Source: a virus
Lineage: Duplodnaviria; Caudoviricetes
Strand: one strand, 5' to 3'
Length of the DNA: 47,713 nucleotides
Virus record (IMG/VR): IMGVR_UViG_3300037692_000179
Span: 1 to 47,713 of that record
Part shown: positions 45,001 to 47,713 of the stretch, in pieces
How positions within the stretch are numbered: position 1 is the first letter of the stretch
Layout: every line of letters begins with the position of its first letter
Program-made: the position numbers and the translations under genes
Notes under the pieces: model-generated
What the model saw: only the letters and a program-made list of their open reading frames with translations
Told to the model about the DNA's origin: nothing
Database searches by the model: none

Positions 45001-46522
45001 GTATAACAGGAGTCTTACCTACCGAGGCTGCAGCTTCTTTGTCCCACTTTGCCAGCGTGGAAGCAACGTCTTTAACAGTCGGCGTAACTAACCTTGCACC
45101 AACCTCTTGCCCGGCTTCTCTCACTGCCTCAGCCTGGGAACCTCTTACCGAGGAGTAGTACCTGTCGATGTCTCTTTGAGTCTTCGACGCAGCCTCTGCA
45201 GCTTGCAGTGCTTCCTCACCTTTCTCAACCCTGGCGATAACATCTTCGATCTCTTCAATCTTCGCCTTGCGCGCAAACGCGGCGAGCTTGGCATCCTTGT
45301 CAGCCATTGATTCAAATTTTGCATCAATAGCTCCCGCCATATCCTCACCAGGCTTTACCTTCCTTGGCTTCGCAGCTCCACGCTCAATGGGCCGCGCAAC
45401 AGGGAGGACTCTTTCAGGCTCCAGGAAAGACGTAGCTGCATCTACCTCAGCCTGTCTCTTACCCTCCGCACCTTTCAGTATCCCAAGGAGCTTCGAACGC
45501 GTTTCGTCTTCGACGAGTTTGTTAAACTCGGTCTCGTAAGCTCCACGCTTGATCTCGCGTTCCAGTGCTGCCTGCGACCGTTGCTCAGCAATGGCATCCA
45601 AGGTGTTCCTGGCGGATGGAAACCTTGCGAGTTGCTCAAGCACAGCCCTGTTCTTGACATCGTTTTCAGCGAGCTTTGTAACAACACGCTTTACAGCGGA
45701 GGCACCAGTTTTCTGCAGAGCCTTTTCCGCTGCAATAAACCCACCAAGATTAACGGCAAGCTCAGCTGCATCAGCCCTATCGAACTCCCCTGGAGTCTGC
45801 CGTGCCTTAGCCCACTCAGTACCAGCAACAGCCTCCGAAGCCTTCTCTGCCGCCCAGAACGTCGGCACTGCCATAAGACCTGCACCTACTATTTTAGCCA
45901 ATGGATGCGGGACAGCCATAGCAGTTCTGCCTATAATAGGAGCCGCAGCCCTAAGACCAATCATTGCAGCTTGGAACCCAGCACCAATGGCGAAGTTCTC
46001 AGGCGCATCATTCACAAGGTCTGCCTTCGACCCGAAGGTCTCAGCTTCACCTTCCGCAACTCTGGTACCTTCCAGCCACTGATCATACCCTTCCATCCTC
46101 CCAACCTTTTTACCAAGCATTGGGAGCGCAGTATCTTCACGCCGGATGAACTTATAGGTATCCTCAGCACGCTTGGATTTATGGAACTGCTCCGCGACCA
46201 TGAAGGCTTCATCCGGGTCAGCACCATTCTGCATCAGCAACCGCGTATCACGCTTCAGCTCAGTCCCCATGTTAGCCCTGGGATCGCCTTTCGGAAACGC
46301 AGCTTGCACCGCATCAGTCTTTGTCGGGAAGCGCTCGGTATTCCTAATCCTCGCCTCCGGGTGCAGTTGCTCACGCAAAGACTCTGCAACACGGGTGTCA
46401 AGTTTATTCGCATCGTTGAGCCATTTGAAACGCTCCTCTTCGGCGCGGCGCTCTTGTGTCGCAAGAGACTTATTTCCACCTCCGAAGACTTCATTGATTA
46501 GTGAATCTGTTAAGCGTCCCAT
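42020..46522 (-). CDS. Large internal virion / DNA-ejection protein (1500 aa)
   Basis: Size, helical Ala/Glu/Lys-rich composition, hydrophobic patches, position at the end of the virion operon. Confidence 0.75.
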   Translation of the reverse strand: MGRLTDSLINEVFGGGNKSLATQERRAEEERFKWLNDANKLDTRVAESLREQLHPEARIRNTERFPTKTDAVQAAFPKGDPRANMGTELKRDTRLLMQNGADPDEAFMVAEQFHKSKRAEDTYKFIRREDTALPMLGKKVGRMEGYDQWLEGTRVAEGEAETFGSKADLVNDAPENFAIGAGFQAAMIGLRAAAPIIGRTAMAVPHPLAKIVGAGLMAVPTFWAAEKASEAVAGTEWAKARQTPGEFDRADAAELAVNLGGFIAAEKALQKTGASAVKRVVTKLAENDVKNRAVLEQLARFPSARNTLDAIAEQRSQAALEREIKRGAYETEFNKLVEDETRSKLLGILKGAEGKRQAEVDAATSFLEPERVLPVARPIERGAAKPRKVKPGEDMAGAIDAKFESMADKDAKLAAFARKAKIEEIEDVIARVEKGEEALQAAEAASKTQRDIDRYYSSVRGSQAEAVREAGQEVGARLVTPTVKDVASTLAKWDKEAAASVGKTPVILRKKTPGGEIVESARKNLATEEKAAASVAEATASEQEKIIKSVSSTARQSLGESIKDEQTRTISKAIENGLSPEKQVKDIRAAFSRENPPPFTQVLEGKLDVEDYVKMMDETPGLAGTEFDFLRLHARDDVSGKLQKLYNEVQVKAAEFRGGKGRGEMKAEPRAPKVQDAGADTVDMELLGRAEKGPGVGKKLAVAGVATGISALLSVVGPNDSDAAIIPPEFLGKVSKGVVEMTKAAGKGSREGLLKEWEKAGWTPPKVNPKEPFKVQGFMQTPKMAPAAENIKRKTWLPVAMDRWLSPHTRAEMYYDKFTNPLVELHAKTVAAINNTDHSMEVLGNILREVPEVLGNKKAFTTIKTTMKELDSTYANIVDERGFRTAKKNLLERDIARVKSRLEKGKGVKEDLQAEIAVYESQLREHAEALPGLEKQFGEYKVKWQTKVRSLAAEFPTTRIALAVEDTADFAAYPWLKGMMSRQELAATARIKDMMKDYGAELTKVGEKVITEKPYIHHAVHPERDFRETKKFFEKLAGGNADEALRLAKLHHRTEGSLQMMPDTEYIMSRYLPDVNKRLQYIQFWDKKNPTGWAKHSNSATIRNSPALSQFWRDVKASFDPHEGGTLDEWARRYHGLEVARLLWMSPSVAFKHMMKVTATMSSIDFPVTQAALPRSSKAPLRLIARDYLKKSGLKVNPSFEDEIVDGFIKQNHFLENISGFEASNLPSKWIDDAVETWNKHGSLPVRLVENFDRAHTFLSSVEMAARKGMTPDQALFATTKMILQDNFIGGMQNPSWLKSPKARAFLMFQGTPFKIFERRLMLAMQSGKALTKATQEAMDLAKNIRQYVKEGELEFKASLVMDALKSESNVFGVPTTKVLMKEILLVGALVGGGHAFLDSDFAPLALHQPFVESGGDQPGIRLNPLASASWRAWNQRQEGDEDWLFSKIVQNYIGGTGAAPALFRKMSRLSKGDIPEMYLDARYPELNYIFAVPAEGAGH

Positions 46523-46535
46523 CTAAGCCTCCAGG

Positions 46536-47171
46536 CTATTTATTATTGCTCATAAGAAGCTGCATCATTTCTTCGTAAGACAGCTTTTCTTTTTCTTCTT
46601 TCTTAACACCCCGACGACCTTCAAGCTCCTGTAATGCCACGTTTGTCAGCGTGTTCTCGCGGGCGTTCTCCCCGAGAAGTGCAATGGCTCCGGCCTTAGC
46701 ATTCTGTGCATATCCTTCTTTGCTCTCGCTTTCCTTAGCCTTAAACGCATTGTCGAAGGACATTCCAAGTATTGCCTCGGCAGGTGAAGCAAATTCTTGG
46801 TCACTCTTCTTGAAGTCAATGTAGGTCTTGTCCTTCCCACGAATGACCTCCATCAGATCGCCACCTGATGGAGAATTGAAACGCTTTTCAAATTCAGCGT
46901 TTGCATTCTGAACCCTGTCAAAGAAACCAGTTGCATTTCCATTGCTGGATGGCTGTTTAAAGACTGTGGTTGCAGGAGACTGTGTTTGTTGTTGCGTCTG
47001 TCTCTGCACAGGACTCTGTACACCAGCGTCCACGAATCTCGACGGAGTAAGATCATTCACGCCAGTAGTACCACCAGACTTAGTAGACCCACCAAGCACA
47101 GCTGCCATGGAGGCAGCACCGCCAAGTCTGGTCATCTTCCTTAACTGTTCAGGTGTAAACTTCGGTGCCAT
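46536..47171 (-). CDS. Putative internal virion protein (211 aa)
   Basis: GGAGG RBS; precedes the 1500-aa gene. Confidence 0.65.
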   Translation of the reverse strand: MAPKFTPEQLRKMTRLGGAASMAAVLGGSTKSGGTTGVNDLTPSRFVDAGVQSPVQRQTQQQTQSPATTVFKQPSSNGNATGFFDRVQNANAEFEKRFNSPSGGDLMEVIRGKDKTYIDFKKSDQEFASPAEAILGMSFDNAFKAKESESKEGYAQNAKAGAIALLGENARENTLTNVALQELEGRRGVKKEEKEKLSYEEMMQLLMSNNK

Positions 47172-47179
47172 GAAACCTC

Positions 47180-47713
47180 CTAGGTATTCTCGTTATAGTA
47201 ATGGATATACTCGTGTACTGATTTAGTAAGGTCAGATGACGAGGAATGTGATTCTGACAGCTGCTGACTATCGTTTGTAGACGCGCTGTATCCAAGTGAC
47301 GCAGACGTCTGAAGCATCGACATTGCACCAGCTGAAAGTTGCGAAGACGCATTGGTTGCACCCCTGAGAGCTTCAACAGCCACGTTCTTCGCCGCGACAA
47401 TAAGATCTCCCTGTGCTTTAGCTGCGGCAACAACAGCGTTAGAGTGACCTGTGTACGCATCTGTCTTCGCTACCAGTTCTTTCACAGCAGTATCCATCCT
47501 CGTTGCCGCCGCAGTCACGTTGGCGTTGAAGATCTCAGCTGCAACGGCATTGCTTTTCGCCTTTGTCTCCTCGACAATCGCGTATCGCTTTATAATCGAC
47601 TCGTTGTTAGCAATGACCGACTCAAGCGCCTTGAGCTTTTGCTCGTCAGTCCTCAGTATTGACTCCACCCTGGTAGACTCGATATCCGCTTTAACCTTTG
47701 CAGCATCCAACCT
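47180..47713 (-). CDS. C-terminal part of a virion protein (runs off the right edge)
   Basis: Frame is open to 47713; Ala-rich coiled coil that continues the character of ORF 1-1357. Confidence 0.8.
   Translation of the reverse strand, partial: RLDAAKVKADIESTRVESILRTDEQKLKALESVIANNESIIKRYAIVEETKAKSNAVAAEIFNANVTAAATRMDTAVKELVAKTDAYTGHSNAVVAAAKAQGDLIVAAKNVAVEALRGATNASSQLSAGAMSMLQTSASLGYSASTNDSQQLSESHSSSSDLTKSVHEYIHYYNENT

Larger units (their letters stand above)
1..47713. mobile_element. Near-complete tailed phage genome (podovirus-like), circularly permuted
   Basis: Terminase, portal, capsid, lysis and replication modules are all present. No bacterial housekeeping genes. A minus-strand gene is open at both window ends. 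Confidence 0.95.

Noticed and set aside
42453-46526. Plus-strand ORFs up to 375 aa opposite the 1500-aa gene
   Set aside because: Antisense shadows of the real minus-strand gene.
1-47713. Prophage / temperate lifestyle
   Set aside because: No integrase, CI-like repressor, parA or flanking host genes recognised. Lifestyle and host cannot be fixed from the sequence alone.

Overview
This window is an almost complete, circularly permuted genome of a tailed dsDNA phage, probably podovirus-like. The minus strand (1-13735 and 35897-47713) carries the virion module: TerS/TerL, a P22-like portal, scaffold, N4-gp56-type major capsid, adaptor/nozzle candidates, a 1500-aa internal virion protein, an M15 endolysin with membrane proteins, and a mosaic tail/receptor-binding block. 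The plus strand (14448-35826) carries early and replication genes: ATP-dependent ligase, a PD-(D/E)XK/AAA/SSB recombination trio, NDT-like, MazG-like and DUF3310-like enzymes, a ParB-HTH-methyltransferase fusion, a UDG-like/PolA fusion and a DUF3987-type ATPase. I recognise no integrase, primase, RNA polymerase, tRNA or CRISPR array. Four features stand out. (1) An integrase-less array of 8 integron-type gene cassettes lies at 22831-25603; its attC polarity is opposite to its ORFs and an empty target site can be reconstructed. (2) A polar 24-bp motif (NNTCAAAWTTTG-N3-C-N5-CTG) is dispersed about every 2-7 kb, always on the + strand, and is clustered in a putative origin. (3) An origin-like region at 15273-15754 has long inverted arms, 7-bp iterons, a T20 tract and a GC-skew switch. 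(4) A 28-bp long-range stem whose only mismatches are G-U wobbles encloses the first early gene. All family calls come from motif recognition by eye, not database searches.
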